From: Nitrosopumilales archaeon
GTDB lineage: Archaea > Thermoproteota > Nitrososphaeria > Nitrososphaerales > Nitrososphaeraceae
Reading direction: 5' to 3'
DNA: 24,000 nt
Assembly: GCA_044507735.1 (NCBI GenBank)
Contig: JBIQJB010000001.1
Location: 102,255 to 126,254, forward strand
Shown: positions 1-8,968 of the stretch, piece after piece
Numbering within the stretch: the first letter of the stretch is position 1
How the letters are laid out: each line of letters opens with the position of its first letter
The notes under the pieces: model-generated
The model's input: only the letters and a program-made list of their open reading frames with translations
The model's database searches: none
What the model was told of the DNA's origin: nothing
Translations under genes and position numbers: made by a program

Positions 1-905
1 GGTCAGAATGGTGGGAAAAGAACGGAGGCAACTCCTATATCTCGCCAGAGGTGTGGGAGCTTCTCGAAAAATCCGACGCCTGTTTCAAGGGCCCGACAAC
101 AACAGTACCGGTGCCAAATGCGCCACGGAGCGTGGCGGTGAGCATTCGCCAAAAGTTTGAGCTGTTTGCAAACATCAGACCGATCAAGACCTACAAGAAC
201 GCAGAAAAACAGCTTGACTTTGTATGCGTGCGTGAAGCCACAGAAGGTCTGTATGCAGGGATAGAATTCAAGACCAGCGATGAATCCGCTATTGCGATAC
301 GCAAGACTACCAAGAAGGGCTGTGATCGTGTAGCCAAGGCAGGGTTTGAGGTAGCCAAAAAGAGGGGCTTTGACAAGGTCTATGCCATCACAAAACGCAA
401 CATCCTCAAAGAGACAGACGGCATATTCTGGACTGCAGTAGAGAATGCGCAAAAGCAGTTCAAGAACATCCAGGTTGAGGAGTACTATATCGACAACATG
501 ACGCAACAATTGGTAAAGAACCCTGAAAGGTTCAACAAGAGCGTCCTCTTGAGCACCAACCTTTTCATGGATATTGTATCGGAATGCGCTTCTGGCCACG
601 TGGGCTCAATTGGCAACGTCTACTCTGGCAATTATGGCGAAGAGTATGCGATGTTTGAGCCAGCACACGGTAGTGCACCAAAGTATGCTGGCCAGAATAA
701 GGTCAACCCCGTAGCTACCATACTGTCGGGAGCGTGGATGGTTGAATATCTTGGAGAAAAGCAGATCTCGGACGCGATATTCAAGGCCACCGAAGACGTG
801 ATCAATGAAAACAAGTACGTGACGTATGACCTAGGCGGCAAAGCGACGCTATCGCAGATGGCTGACCAGATTGCAGCGCGTGCAAGCAAGCTGCTGAAGA
901 AGTGA
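1..905 (+). CDS. Isocitrate/homoisocitrate/isopropylmalate dehydrogenase family protein (beta-decarboxylating dehydrogenase), 5'-truncated by the window edge
   Basis: The frame is open from nt 3 (SEWWEKNGGNSYISPEVWELLEKSDACFKGPTTTV...), so the GTG at 51 is not the true start. Family motifs present: KGPxTTP...RSxxVxxRQxxxLFANxRP, NLFxDIVSExxxGxVGSxG and EPAHGSAPKYAGQNKVNP. I cannot resolve the substrate (ICDH, HICDH or IPMDH) by eye. Confidence 0.85.
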   Translation, partial: SEWWEKNGGNSYISPEVWELLEKSDACFKGPTTTVPVPNAPRSVAVSIRQKFELFANIRPIKTYKNAEKQLDFVCVREATEGLYAGIEFKTSDESAIAIRKTTKKGCDRVAKAGFEVAKKRGFDKVYAITKRNILKETDGIFWTAVENAQKQFKNIQVEEYYIDNMTQQLVKNPERFNKSVLLSTNLFMDIVSECASGHVGSIGNVYSGNYGEEYAMFEPAHGSAPKYAGQNKVNPVATILSGAWMVEYLGEKQISDAIFKATEDVINENKYVTYDLGGKATLSQMADQIAARASKLLKK

Positions 906-912
906 CGCCAAC

Positions 913-1422
913 CTAGCTCAGTTCAACAACCGAAAGCGTCTCATAAAACAGCCTTTTTTCCTTTACCACTTTCTTGACCATCTTTTTCTCTCCTATCAGT
1001 TTGTCAAGGGCCGCCGAGTTCGCCAGCGACGAGACAACAAACAGCATTTTGCCTCCACGGGCAAGCAAGGGTAATGCGGATTCGATAAAGTGGATTGTGG
1101 TCTCAATGCCCTGCGGCCCTCCGTGAACCGTCGAGTCTCGGACACTGTCGTCGGGCAGATATGGCGGGTTGCTCACTATCAGGTCGAATCTTCTTCCGGT
1201 GAACGCCGAGGCCGCGTCGCAGCAAACAAGCATCGCGTCTGATCTGCCGCGGCAGTATTGTAGCGCCTGCAAGTCTATATCAGATCCTGCAACATGTTCA
1301 AACCCTTTTTCAAGCAGGTTGAGGAGAACGCCAGATCCTATTCCGATTTCGAGCGCCCACCTGCCGCTGTACTGCTTTATGCATTCGGCCAGCAGAAAAC
1401 TGTCATCGGACGGTACGTACAT
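913..1422 (-). CDS. HemK/PrmC(Mtq2)-like SAM-dependent N5-glutamine methyltransferase
   Basis: 169 aa. N-terminal YVPSDDSFLL, SAM-binding motif LEIGIGSG and catalytic NPPY motif (VSNPPYLP). It is the last gene of the conserved L21e-RpoF-DUF655-KsgA string. Confidence 0.75.
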   Translation of the reverse strand: MYVPSDDSFLLAECIKQYSGRWALEIGIGSGVLLNLLEKGFEHVAGSDIDLQALQYCRGRSDAMLVCCDAASAFTGRRFDLIVSNPPYLPDDSVRDSTVHGGPQGIETTIHFIESALPLLARGGKMLFVVSSLANSAALDKLIGEKKMVKKVVKEKRLFYETLSVVELS

Positions 1423-1429
1423 TTTCGCA

Positions 1430-2146
1430 TCATCTCATCTCTTCTGCCACCCTGACAACATCTGCGGGCGGAAGCTGGTCTATCCGCTTGTCTCCAAAAT
1501 CTGCCTTGATGCTGCTGGCGTTGGCGACGACTGTCGAAGCTCTCTTGTTCCTTTTTGAGAAAAGGAAATTGAGGTTCCTTATTGTTTTCATTGTCACTGT
1601 ATTGACAGGAGTTACCCTGATGACCGCAGATTCTACCCTTGGCTGCGGCTCAAACGATTGCCTTTCTACTTTGAACAACTTTTCAATGGAAAAGCAGTGC
1701 GCGGCCAGCGCTGAAATAGCTCGATAGTTTTCGCTGCCGGGCTTTGCAACAAGCTTGTCTGCAAATTCCTGCTGAACCATCACTATTGCCCTGTCGAACT
1801 CTTGTGTCGCAAGCCATTCAAAGGCATCCCTGCTACGCGAATAGGGGAGGTTTGAAGCAAATACGTCAAATTCAATGCCTGTTTTCTTGAACAGGTCGGC
1901 ATTTACAAGCTCTAGATTCTGGAACTGTAGCTGCGATCTTGCTTGATTGTACAGCTTTTTGTCAATTTCATATGAAACTACTTTCCTTGCAGCCTTGCAA
2001 AGCTCTGCCGTGAGGATCCCGCGCCCGGTGCCTGCCTCAAGGACCACCTCTCCGCTGCCTATCTTGGCAGCATTCATGATGCTGGCAAGGATTCTCCTGT
2101 CAACAAGCATGTGCTGGCCAAGCGAATGGGTGGTGATCCTTGGCAA
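1430..2146 (-). CDS. ksgA: 16S rRNA (adenine1518/1519-N6)-dimethyltransferase KsgA/RsmA/Dim1
   Basis: 238 aa. LGQHMLVD at the N-terminus, SAM motif VLEAGTGRGILT, and ASNLPYSRS matching the NLPY motif. Adjacent to the DUF655 gene, as in many archaea. Confidence 0.9.
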   Translation of the reverse strand: MPRITTHSLGQHMLVDRRILASIMNAAKIGSGEVVLEAGTGRGILTAELCKAARKVVSYEIDKKLYNQARSQLQFQNLELVNADLFKKTGIEFDVFASNLPYSRSRDAFEWLATQEFDRAIVMVQQEFADKLVAKPGSENYRAISALAAHCFSIEKLFKVERQSFEPQPRVESAVIRVTPVNTVTMKTIRNLNFLFSKRNKRASTVVANASSIKADFGDKRIDQLPPADVVRVAEEMR

Positions 2147-2758
2147 CTACTTTCGCACAAAAAGGTTCATTCTGGCCTGCCCCATTATCTCCTCGATTAT
2201 CCTCTTTGACACAAGCTTGGCAGGATCTCGAAGTCCTACTCTGTTCTGCAGGTCTGCAAAGTTCTCGAATTTCTTCTTGTCTCTTTCTTTGATTATCGTC
2301 ATCATGTATGTCTTGCCGATGCCCGGAATGAGCTCTAGCGCATGAATCCTTGGAGTTATTGGCTGCGCCATATTGATGTATTCTACAAACCGCTTTTCGT
2401 TTGCAACCACAATTTTTTCGACAATGTTTGGCAGCTCATTCTTTGCCGCCTGCGAAATGTCGTTGTATTCTAGCCTTCCAAGGACACTTGCAACCTTGTC
2501 GCGGCCTTCACGTCCAATGTACAATCGTTCGCCAAGCTCCACCGTCGCATTTTGTACACCCAACAGCTCAAGCAGAGTCAGGCGCTCCTCGCCTATGGCC
2601 TGAATTATGACGCCCTCTCTGCCCCTTACAGTTACTGATTTGCCTCTTGGGGTATAGTCGAGGACGTAGGCGTACTCTTCATATCTCTTGGGCTGTCCAT
2701 GATCTGCGGCATGAGCAGATGATGCCGCATCGGGTGTAGACGGTGGTTGTCCTGACAA
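2147..2758 (-). CDS. DUF655-family protein (archaeal, predicted RNA/nucleic-acid binding, helix-hairpin-helix C-terminus)
   Basis: 203 aa. EEYAYVLDYTPRG, LLELLG, and ALELIPGIGKTYMMTIIKERDKKKFENFADL, which matches the HhH part of DUF655. Its stop abuts the ksgA start with no gap. Confidence 0.8.
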   Translation of the reverse strand: MSGQPPSTPDAASSAHAADHGQPKRYEEYAYVLDYTPRGKSVTVRGREGVIIQAIGEERLTLLELLGVQNATVELGERLYIGREGRDKVASVLGRLEYNDISQAAKNELPNIVEKIVVANEKRFVEYINMAQPITPRIHALELIPGIGKTYMMTIIKERDKKKFENFADLQNRVGLRDPAKLVSKRIIEEIMGQARMNLFVRK

Positions 2759-2788
2759 TGTTCAATCACTATATACGAGAGTGGGTAT

Positions 2789-3121
2789 TTAACTTTGGGT
2801 GCCATCCTTGAGGATATTCAGCATTTTGTCCAGCGTTTCTGTGAGGATCAGCTTTTTCCACCCAAAGGTAAAGGCTCTCAGTTCTTCGAGCGACACGGGC
2901 ATGATGTTGACCACTTCGACAGCCTCTTCCTCGGTTAGGTCGCACTCATCTACGAGCCTGCGCACCATCTTTTGGGCGGTCTTTGAATCTACTTTGGCAA
3001 ACTTGGTGACATAATCGGCAGTCCAGCGTTGGATCTGGTCCATGTCGTCGGGCTTGACCGACTCCAAGATTTCCTTAACATGGGGAAGTGTGATTATCTC
3101 TTTCTTGATTATATCAGTCAT
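2789..3121 (-). CDS. rpoF: DNA-directed RNA polymerase subunit F (Rpo4/RpoF, Rpb4 homologue)
   Basis: 110 aa, helical and acidic. Called on size and its conserved position directly downstream of L21e, with a 4-nt ATGA overlap at 3118-3121. The segment EEEAVEVVNIMPVSLEELRA is typical of RpoF. Confidence 0.75.
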   Translation of the reverse strand: MTDIIKKEIITLPHVKEILESVKPDDMDQIQRWTADYVTKFAKVDSKTAQKMVRRLVDECDLTEEEAVEVVNIMPVSLEELRAFTFGWKKLILTETLDKMLNILKDGTQS

Positions 3122-3438
3122 TGGCTATTGGCACCTGCCGTCGGCATTTCTGCCATGCCCGCAAGCGGCTTGACGTGGTTAAAGCGGGTCTGGAGTATTT
3201 TCTTCTTGTCGCCAAACATCACGGCAACTCTCAGGGTGCGCCTGCCAACTCCTTCCACAACGCCTATCCTGCCATGGAATCGCCTGTGAGGGGTGGTGTT
3301 GTGTTCTCTTGGGTCAATGTCTACAACAACCTTGTCTCCAACCTTATAATCGTGAAGCAGATATGATATTCCCCTGACCACATTGCCCTTCGTCAGGATG
3401 GAGCGAGCCTTTCTTCTAGTACCGTGTGAACGTGGCAT
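3118..3438 (-). CDS. rpl21e: 50S ribosomal protein L21e (eL21)
   Basis: 106 aa. MPRSHGTRRKARS..., YKVGDKVVVDIDP and PHRRFHGRIGVVEGVGRR match the L21e consensus. Confidence 0.9.
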   Translation of the reverse strand: MPRSHGTRRKARSILTKGNVVRGISYLLHDYKVGDKVVVDIDPREHNTTPHRRFHGRIGVVEGVGRRTLRVAVMFGDKKKILQTRFNHVKPLAGMAEMPTAGANSQ

Positions 3439-3470
3439 AGCAAGCCGGTGTCACCAGCCATAATTTAATA

Positions 3471-4457
3471 TTATCTACCTTCGTTGACATCTGAAATTCC
3501 GCGGTCGGACAGCATGAACAGCACTTCTCGTTCGGCATGGTACGGGCTATCGACCATCCTTGCTATCCTATTCTTACCAGAGCGCTTCAAGTGTATCCTG
3601 TAGGTGCTTGTATGCGCGATCACGTTGCCGCCAGTCGCTCTGACGGTGTCACCAAAGTAGGCGTCAGGCGAGGCCTGTATCTGGTTTGTCACGACTACAG
3701 CCACCTCATATGTTTCAGCAATCCTTACCAGAATGTGCATGAACCTGTTCAGGCGCTGCTGTCGTTCTGACAGCGTGGCGCGGCCCAGGAATTCGGCCCG
3801 GTAATGCGCCACTGCCGAGTCGACTATCACCAGCTTCACATTATTTTCCTCTATGATCCCGCCCGCTTCTTCGATAATGAGCTCCTGATGTGCGCTGTTG
3901 TACGCCTTTGCAACAATGATGTTTTCTAGTGCTTTGTGCGAGTCAAAACCTCGCGCCTGTGCAATCGAAACGATTCTTTCCGGACGGAACGTGTTTTCAG
4001 TATCGATGTAAAGCGCCTTTGCTCCAAGACCTCCTGCGGATCCGTCCTGCTGTACCAGTACGCACAGCGTATGGCAAAGCTGTGTCTTGCCAGTGCCAAA
4101 CTCTCCATAGACTTCGGTCACGGCCTTGGTTTCCAGGCCTCCTCCGAGCAGATCGTCAAAGCTTTTTGAGCCCGTCGATATGCGCTCTCTTCCCCTGCCG
4201 TAGAGGCTAGTTGCCGTGACAAAGCTTTTCTCAATTATTCCCATCTCTTCCAGCATCACCCTGGCCTTGTTGCATATCTCAACGGACTCGTCCATCTCCA
4301 TCCCTGTAGCTTCTGCGATATCGACCGGTCCTCTTACAAGAAGGTCTCGGATTGACCTAAAACCTGCCTCCTTGAGACGCTTCTCAGTAGCAGGCCCTAT
4401 CTCCTCAATGCTTGAAAGAGCCAGTCGAGTTGAAGAAGCATCCCCAGAAGCAGACAA
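3471..4457 (-). CDS. radA: DNA repair and recombination protein RadA
   Basis: 328 aa. N-terminal HhH domain (IEEIGPATEKRLKEAGF), Walker A GEFGTGKTQLCHTL and Walker B LVIVDS. The only start that keeps the HhH domain is the TTG at 4457. An A/T-rich box (TATTAATGCTAATTAG on the minus strand) lies about 30-45 nt upstream. Confidence 0.93.
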   Translation of the reverse strand: MSASGDASSTRLALSSIEEIGPATEKRLKEAGFRSIRDLLVRGPVDIAEATGMEMDESVEICNKARVMLEEMGIIEKSFVTATSLYGRGRERISTGSKSFDDLLGGGLETKAVTEVYGEFGTGKTQLCHTLCVLVQQDGSAGGLGAKALYIDTENTFRPERIVSIAQARGFDSHKALENIIVAKAYNSAHQELIIEEAGGIIEENNVKLVIVDSAVAHYRAEFLGRATLSERQQRLNRFMHILVRIAETYEVAVVVTNQIQASPDAYFGDTVRATGGNVIAHTSTYRIHLKRSGKNRIARMVDSPYHAEREVLFMLSDRGISDVNEGR

Positions 4458-4533
4458 GCGCTACCACTACACCTTTACACTTGCCACTAATTAGCATTAA
4501 TACAATGCGAAATTCGGCTTCGAAAGGCGCACC

Positions 4534-4548
4534 ATAAAAGTATATATC
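4534..4548 (+). promoter_or_regulatory. TATA-like box (ATAAAAGTATATATC) upstream of amoB
   Basis: A/T-rich archaeal TATA-like element ending 35 nt before the ATG at 4583. Inferred from sequence only. Confidence 0.5.
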
Positions 4549-4582
4549 TTTGTTCTTTCTGGTCTACCTAAGATATAGGGAT

Positions 4583-5140
4583 ATGATGGAAAGCAAGACG
4601 TTGGTCGTGACGGCTCTTGCGACTGTCATGGTGCTGTCAGCATTCGCGTTTGCGTTCCAGAACGCAGATGCACACGGTGTACAGGCACAGCTTCAGAGCA
4701 GATTCGTAAGGATTGATAATGAGCAATTTTCTGACCAGACACTGAACACAGGCGAAACACTGACAGTAACAGGCGAGCTCAAGAGCTTGGTTAATAGGCC
4801 ACTCAGAGCATGGCTGTCATTGTTCAGCGAATCATCAAACGCGGGCAACAGATGGGAGTTCTTGAGCAGAGATCCACCAGGCAACATATTCGACATCCCA
4901 CCAGGTGCAACGATTCCATATGAGATCACTGTGAAGGCTCTCGAACCAGGCACATACCACGTACACACACAGCTCAACGTTGAGCACGTTGGCCCAGGTC
5001 TCGGCAGGGGTGCGACAGTGAACGTAAGCGGTGAGCCTATATTGAAAGAAATTCCATATAGCAACATCGTTTACCAGTGTGTAATCATTGGCGCTGGCCT
5101 AGGCGTGACCTTCGCAACAAGACCGTGGCAAGTCATCTAA
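4583..5140 (+). CDS. amoB: Ammonia monooxygenase subunit B (archaeal AmoB)
   Basis: 185 aa from the ATG at 4583; the track's TTG at 4550 lies inside the promoter region. Signal peptide MMESKTLVVTALATVMVLSAFAFAFQNADA, then mature HGVQAQLQSRF. NAGNRWEFLSRDPPGN, YHVHTQLNV and the C-terminal TM ending RPWQVI are all characteristic of archaeal AmoB as I recall it. Confidence 0.9.
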   Translation: MMESKTLVVTALATVMVLSAFAFAFQNADAHGVQAQLQSRFVRIDNEQFSDQTLNTGETLTVTGELKSLVNRPLRAWLSLFSESSNAGNRWEFLSRDPPGNIFDIPPGATIPYEITVKALEPGTYHVHTQLNVEHVGPGLGRGATVNVSGEPILKEIPYSNIVYQCVIIGAGLGVTFATRPWQVI

Positions 5141-5153
5141 AAGCCACAACCAA

Positions 5154-5180
5154 CCCTTTTTCCTTTTAATTTTTAATTTT
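5154..5180 (+). terminator. C-rich/oligo-T terminator after amoB (CCCTTTTTCCTTTTAATTTTTAATTTT)
   Basis: Several T5-type runs begin 14 nt after the amoB stop codon. Archaeal RNA polymerase terminates at oligo-T tracts. Confidence 0.5.
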
Positions 5181-5545
5181 ATCAGATTCTGGCGAAAACG
5201 CCTCTGCTGTATTTGGAGCAGATGAAGATAGTCTCGCTGATTCTATGTAGTGATTGCTGCCTGGTTTTCGCCTATCTGGCCAAGATCGTACTGCAATGGG
5301 ATGCCCGGTGGGCGCTTGCAGAGGGCCAGAGATACTACTACTGCATTGGGGCAAGCTTTCTCTCTTCAACTGCTTCTTGCCATCTTAGAACATTTGTTTG
5401 CCGGGTACAAGATTCTGCGTTCGCACAAGTGTACATGGCCATTCAGAAACAAATGAAGGGTTTGGCATCCTGCACAGTGACAGAATCCTGATCTGATGTT
5501 CCTCGGTCAGAGTATTCGATCAAGTTACTTTGAAATAGACAAACT

Positions 5546-5566
5546 TACTACTACTACTACTACTAC
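5546..5566. repeat. (TAC)7 trinucleotide microsatellite
   Basis: Seven perfect TAC units read directly from the sequence, 2 nt downstream of the cobJ stop codon on the other strand. Confidence 0.95.
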
Positions 5567-5568
5567 TG

Positions 5569-6363
5569 TTATTGCTTCATTGTCTCTTTGACCAGCTCGT
5601 ACTTGGATGTGTAGCCTCGAGGGTTTATCATCATACCCTTGTAGTTGAAGGTAGATGAGTTCCCCACGATGACGGTGGTTATCATTCCAAGCATGTCTGG
5701 AAAGTCGAGCATCTTGTCGAGAGTTGTTATGACTACCTGCTGGCTTTCTCTATACGCACCCTTGACTATCGCAACTGGCGTTTCCGGCTTTCTGTATTTC
5801 AGGAATATCTCCCGTGTATCGCGAAGCTGGTGCACGCGCTTTTTGCTGGCGGGGTTGTAGATGACTGTGACGTAGTCGCCCAAGGCAGCCGCTTCAACTC
5901 TCTTTACAATGATGTCCCATGGAACCAGCAGGTCGCTCATGCTGACGACTGCAAAATCTGTCATAAGCGGTGATCCTACAAGTGCCGCACATGAATTGAG
6001 CGAAGAAACTCCTGGCACACATTCAACGTAAATTCCCTTGTCCTTGTCCCATCCCTTTTCCGCCAAGATTTCGTAGATCAAGCCTATCATGCCATAAATG
6101 CCCGGGTCGCCTGATGAGACAAGTGAAACGACCTTGCCTCTTTCCGCAAAATCGATAGCCTGGTTGGCGCGATCAACTTCTTGTGTCATAGGGTACCGAT
6201 GAACTTCCTTACCAGCTATCAGGTCCTCTACAAGACTTACGTACGTATCATAACCTATGATGACTTCGCTTTCGTCAATAACCTCCTTTGCGCGATAAGT
6301 CATGTGATCATGGCTTCCCGGCCCGATACCAACCACGTACAGCTTGCCCCTTCTAGCACTCAT
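5569..6363 (-). CDS. cobJ: Precorrin-3B / cobalt-factor III C17-methyltransferase (CobJ/CbiH)
   Basis: 264 aa. LYVVGIGPGSHDHMT, IIGYDTYV and SSGDPGIYGM are tetrapyrrole methylase family motifs with CobJ/CbiH-type spacing. Confidence 0.85.
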   Translation of the reverse strand: MSARRGKLYVVGIGPGSHDHMTYRAKEVIDESEVIIGYDTYVSLVEDLIAGKEVHRYPMTQEVDRANQAIDFAERGKVVSLVSSGDPGIYGMIGLIYEILAEKGWDKDKGIYVECVPGVSSLNSCAALVGSPLMTDFAVVSMSDLLVPWDIIVKRVEAAALGDYVTVIYNPASKKRVHQLRDTREIFLKYRKPETPVAIVKGAYRESQQVVITTLDKMLDFPDMLGMITTVIVGNSSTFNYKGMMINPRGYTSKYELVKETMKQ

Positions 6364-6395
6364 GTTTGCAAAAACTGAGATTGAGGGGATGCAAT

Positions 6396-7808
6396 TTATC
6401 CTTTTCCAGCGGCTCTTGCCAACTCGAACTCTTCATGCAGTGCCCGCACAGCAACTTCGCAGTCCTTGTCATTTACGACAAAGGCTAGGTTCAGCTCCGA
6501 AGAGCCTTGGGCAATCATTATGACGTTTACTCCGCGCTTTGCAACAGCGCCAAACACCTTGGCTGCGACCCCCTTTATGCCGCGCATCCCCGATCCAACT
6601 ACCGCAATGACAGCCACATCGTCGTTTACATTTATGTGCTTGATCACCTTGCCGAGAAGGCTGAGCTCCAGCGTCGTAGTGGCCTTGTCAAGATCTGTCT
6701 TTCTGACTACCATTGAAATGCTTGACTCTGACGGGCTCTGCGAAATCATCATGATGTTTACCCGGTTCTTGGCCAGAGTATCAAATATCTTGGCCGCAGT
6801 TCCAGGCGTCCCCACCATACCACCACCGCTCACATCAATGAGGGCCGTGTGGCGTATCGCGCTTACCGACTTGACTATCTTTTGGGACTGTTTGCTAGGG
6901 TTCTGGGTGATCAGGGTGCCGGAATGTTTTACATTGAAGGTGTTGCGAATTCTTATCGGGATCTTTGTATCGATCACAGGCTCGAGCGCGCGAGGATGCA
7001 TATACTTTGCACCAAAGAGCGCCAATTCCATCGCTTCTGCAAACGACACTTCTCTGAGCACCTGTGCATCTGGTACTATTTTCGGATCGGCCGTCATCAG
7101 GCCATCGACGTCGCTCCAGAGCCACACTTCATCTGCGCCGATGCTTGCCGCGATCATTGTGGCCGTATAGTCAGAACCTCCCCGGCCTATGGTGGTGATG
7201 TTGCCATGCTGGTCAGCGCCAATAAATCCGGTGACCACAGGAACTGAACGATCCTTGAGCATCGGTTCAAGTTTGTGGCTCACCCGAAGTTTCGTGGTGT
7301 CCATCAGTGGCCTTGCCTCACCAAAGTTGGAATCCGTGACTATGCCTGCCTCTTTCCCAGTAAGGTGAACAGATTTGATTCCTATATCCTGTAGTGCAAA
7401 TGAGACTATTGGGGTTGAGAGTCGCTCGCCAAACGACATCAGGTAGTCCAGCGACTTGGGCGTCACTTCGCCCAGAAGCACGATGCCGCCAAGCACGTCC
7501 TTGAGCTCGCTGATGATTTCTTGAACAGCCGCACTAGCCTCCTCCTTCAGCTTCTTGTCTGAAATTGCTTTTTCCACAATCTCAGCATGGATTTTGGCGG
7601 CCCTTTTCACAAACTCGTCAATCGATGTCTTGTCACCACGTTTGACGCTGTCGGCTATTGAAAGCAGGCCGTCGGTCATGCCGCGAACGGCTGAAACTAC
7701 GCATACAATTTCGCTGTCCTTCTTGTGTGATTTCACCAACTGAGCAACGTGTCTAACCTTGTCTGGCGAGTCCACCGCAGTGCCGCCGAACTTCATCACA
7801 AGGCGCAT
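6396..7808 (-). CDS. lysC: Aspartate kinase
   Basis: 470 aa. N-terminal VMKFGGTAV kinase motif, GRGGSDYTA, and two C-terminal ACT-like repeats (VAVIAVVGSGM..., NVIMIAQGSSE). Confidence 0.9.
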   Translation of the reverse strand: MRLVMKFGGTAVDSPDKVRHVAQLVKSHKKDSEIVCVVSAVRGMTDGLLSIADSVKRGDKTSIDEFVKRAAKIHAEIVEKAISDKKLKEEASAAVQEIISELKDVLGGIVLLGEVTPKSLDYLMSFGERLSTPIVSFALQDIGIKSVHLTGKEAGIVTDSNFGEARPLMDTTKLRVSHKLEPMLKDRSVPVVTGFIGADQHGNITTIGRGGSDYTATMIAASIGADEVWLWSDVDGLMTADPKIVPDAQVLREVSFAEAMELALFGAKYMHPRALEPVIDTKIPIRIRNTFNVKHSGTLITQNPSKQSQKIVKSVSAIRHTALIDVSGGGMVGTPGTAAKIFDTLAKNRVNIMMISQSPSESSISMVVRKTDLDKATTTLELSLLGKVIKHINVNDDVAVIAVVGSGMRGIKGVAAKVFGAVAKRGVNVIMIAQGSSELNLAFVVNDKDCEVAVRALHEEFELARAAGKG

Positions 7809-7811
7809 ATG

Positions 7812-8564
7812 CTAATCCTGGACCCTGGGAGCTAGGTAGAAGTGTATCCTACCTACGTTTGCTATCTTGAATTCTAGCCTGAGGGGCATCTTGCTAGAAT
7901 ATTCTGCTGTCACCGAGCCGCCCATAGAAACTACTGCCTTGGTTATCTTTGAGAGATAGTCCAAGCTATAGGTAGCTTTGCTCTCTTCCTTGACAGCTAG
8001 CTCCTCAAGCCCTTCGTTGCCCGCTTCAAGTACAATTTCGGCTTCACCAGAGTCTCCTCTACCCGAAAAATTGATCTTGTCGGATTTTGATTCAAGAGAA
8101 ATGTATTCGGAGACCACCTGAACATCTGACAGCACCTTGTCGAAGGCATCAGCGCTAAGCACTACCTTGGAATTGAAGTTGAGCTTTGGCAGAGGGGTAG
8201 AGCTTGCCGAGCTTTCTATCAGGCGGGTCTTGTACTCTCGCTTGTAGCCATTAGACATCTTCACGTGGAGCATGCTATCATCGCCAAGCGATATTTCTAT
8301 TGAATCCTTTTTGTCTGCCCTTCTGATCAGCTTTGAAAACTCGTCGACTCTTATGCCAAACTTTATCAGACTATCGCACTCGTACCTCTCAAACGCGTGG
8401 TTTGGCCAATGGATATCAATGAGTGCAATGTGGGATGGATCCATGCCACGGAAAGAAATGCCCTCTGCTGCGGCTTCGAACGTTGCCTCGTCAACAAGAG
8501 TCGAGATTGCAGACGCTACGGCCTTCCATTCATCGGGCGACTTGCTTCTAGCTACAAATACCAA
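7812..8564 (-). CDS. pcn: DNA polymerase sliding clamp (PCNA)
   Basis: 250 aa. Typical PCNA length and pattern (ISTLVDEATFEAAAEGISFRGMDPSHIALIDI...; C-terminal LRLEF...G.IHFYLAPR). Only a 3-nt gap to the aspartate kinase start. Confidence 0.9.
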   Translation of the reverse strand: MVFVARSKSPDEWKAVASAISTLVDEATFEAAAEGISFRGMDPSHIALIDIHWPNHAFERYECDSLIKFGIRVDEFSKLIRRADKKDSIEISLGDDSMLHVKMSNGYKREYKTRLIESSASSTPLPKLNFNSKVVLSADAFDKVLSDVQVVSEYISLESKSDKINFSGRGDSGEAEIVLEAGNEGLEELAVKEESKATYSLDYLSKITKAVVSMGGSVTAEYSSKMPLRLEFKIANVGRIHFYLAPRVQD

Positions 8565-8615
8565 ATTACTGTATGTGGCAGCTCCATCGGATTTTAAAGA
8601 TATCGGAACCGACTA

Positions 8616-8951
8616 CTAGGCATAGTTGCGCCAAGTGTGGTTGCACTTGGTGCATCTGTAGAATTGCGTGGTTGCTTCATCAGCAGATCTTGTCTGGAGC
8701 ATCCACCAAAAAGCTGTGTCATTCTTGCATTCCGGACACTCGATATTTGTAGTTGGCAAAGCCTCAACTCCTTCCCCGTCCATGACCTTTAGCGAAACGT
8801 CCGAGCTGCTAGTCTTCTTGGCTTCTTCTTGTTTTCTCGGTTTCTCTTCCTGGTCTCGCTTTGCCCTATACCCGCATTTTGGGCACGCAATAACTACCTC
8901 TTCACCCGGCGCGGGGCGGAGACGTGTTTCGCACTTTGGACAGAAGCGCAA
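8616..8951 (-). CDS. tfs: Transcription factor S (TFS; TFIIS/RpoM-like)
   Basis: 111 aa. N-terminal zinc ribbon CPKC...CPKC. C-terminal TFIIS-type ribbon CPECKN...QTRSADEATTQFYRCTKCNHTW, including the acidic DE hairpin. Confidence 0.85.
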   Translation of the reverse strand: MRFCPKCETRLRPAPGEEVVIACPKCGYRAKRDQEEKPRKQEEAKKTSSSDVSLKVMDGEGVEALPTTNIECPECKNDTAFWWMLQTRSADEATTQFYRCTKCNHTWRNYA

Positions 8952-8968
8952 GGTGGAAAAGCCTCTTT

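Noticed and set aside
3-599. 198-aa ORF on the minus strand at the left edge
   Set aside because: It lies entirely antisense to the well-supported dehydrogenase gene, has a Cys/Arg/Leu-rich odd composition and contains no motif. It is a shadow ORF.
6466-7170. 234-aa plus-strand ORF, with further ORFs at 6507-6716, 6849-7247 and 6895-7125
   Set aside because: All lie antisense to or overlapping the aspartate kinase gene. Their Ser/Thr/Ala/Arg-rich low-complexity translations are typical of the reverse frame of a real gene.
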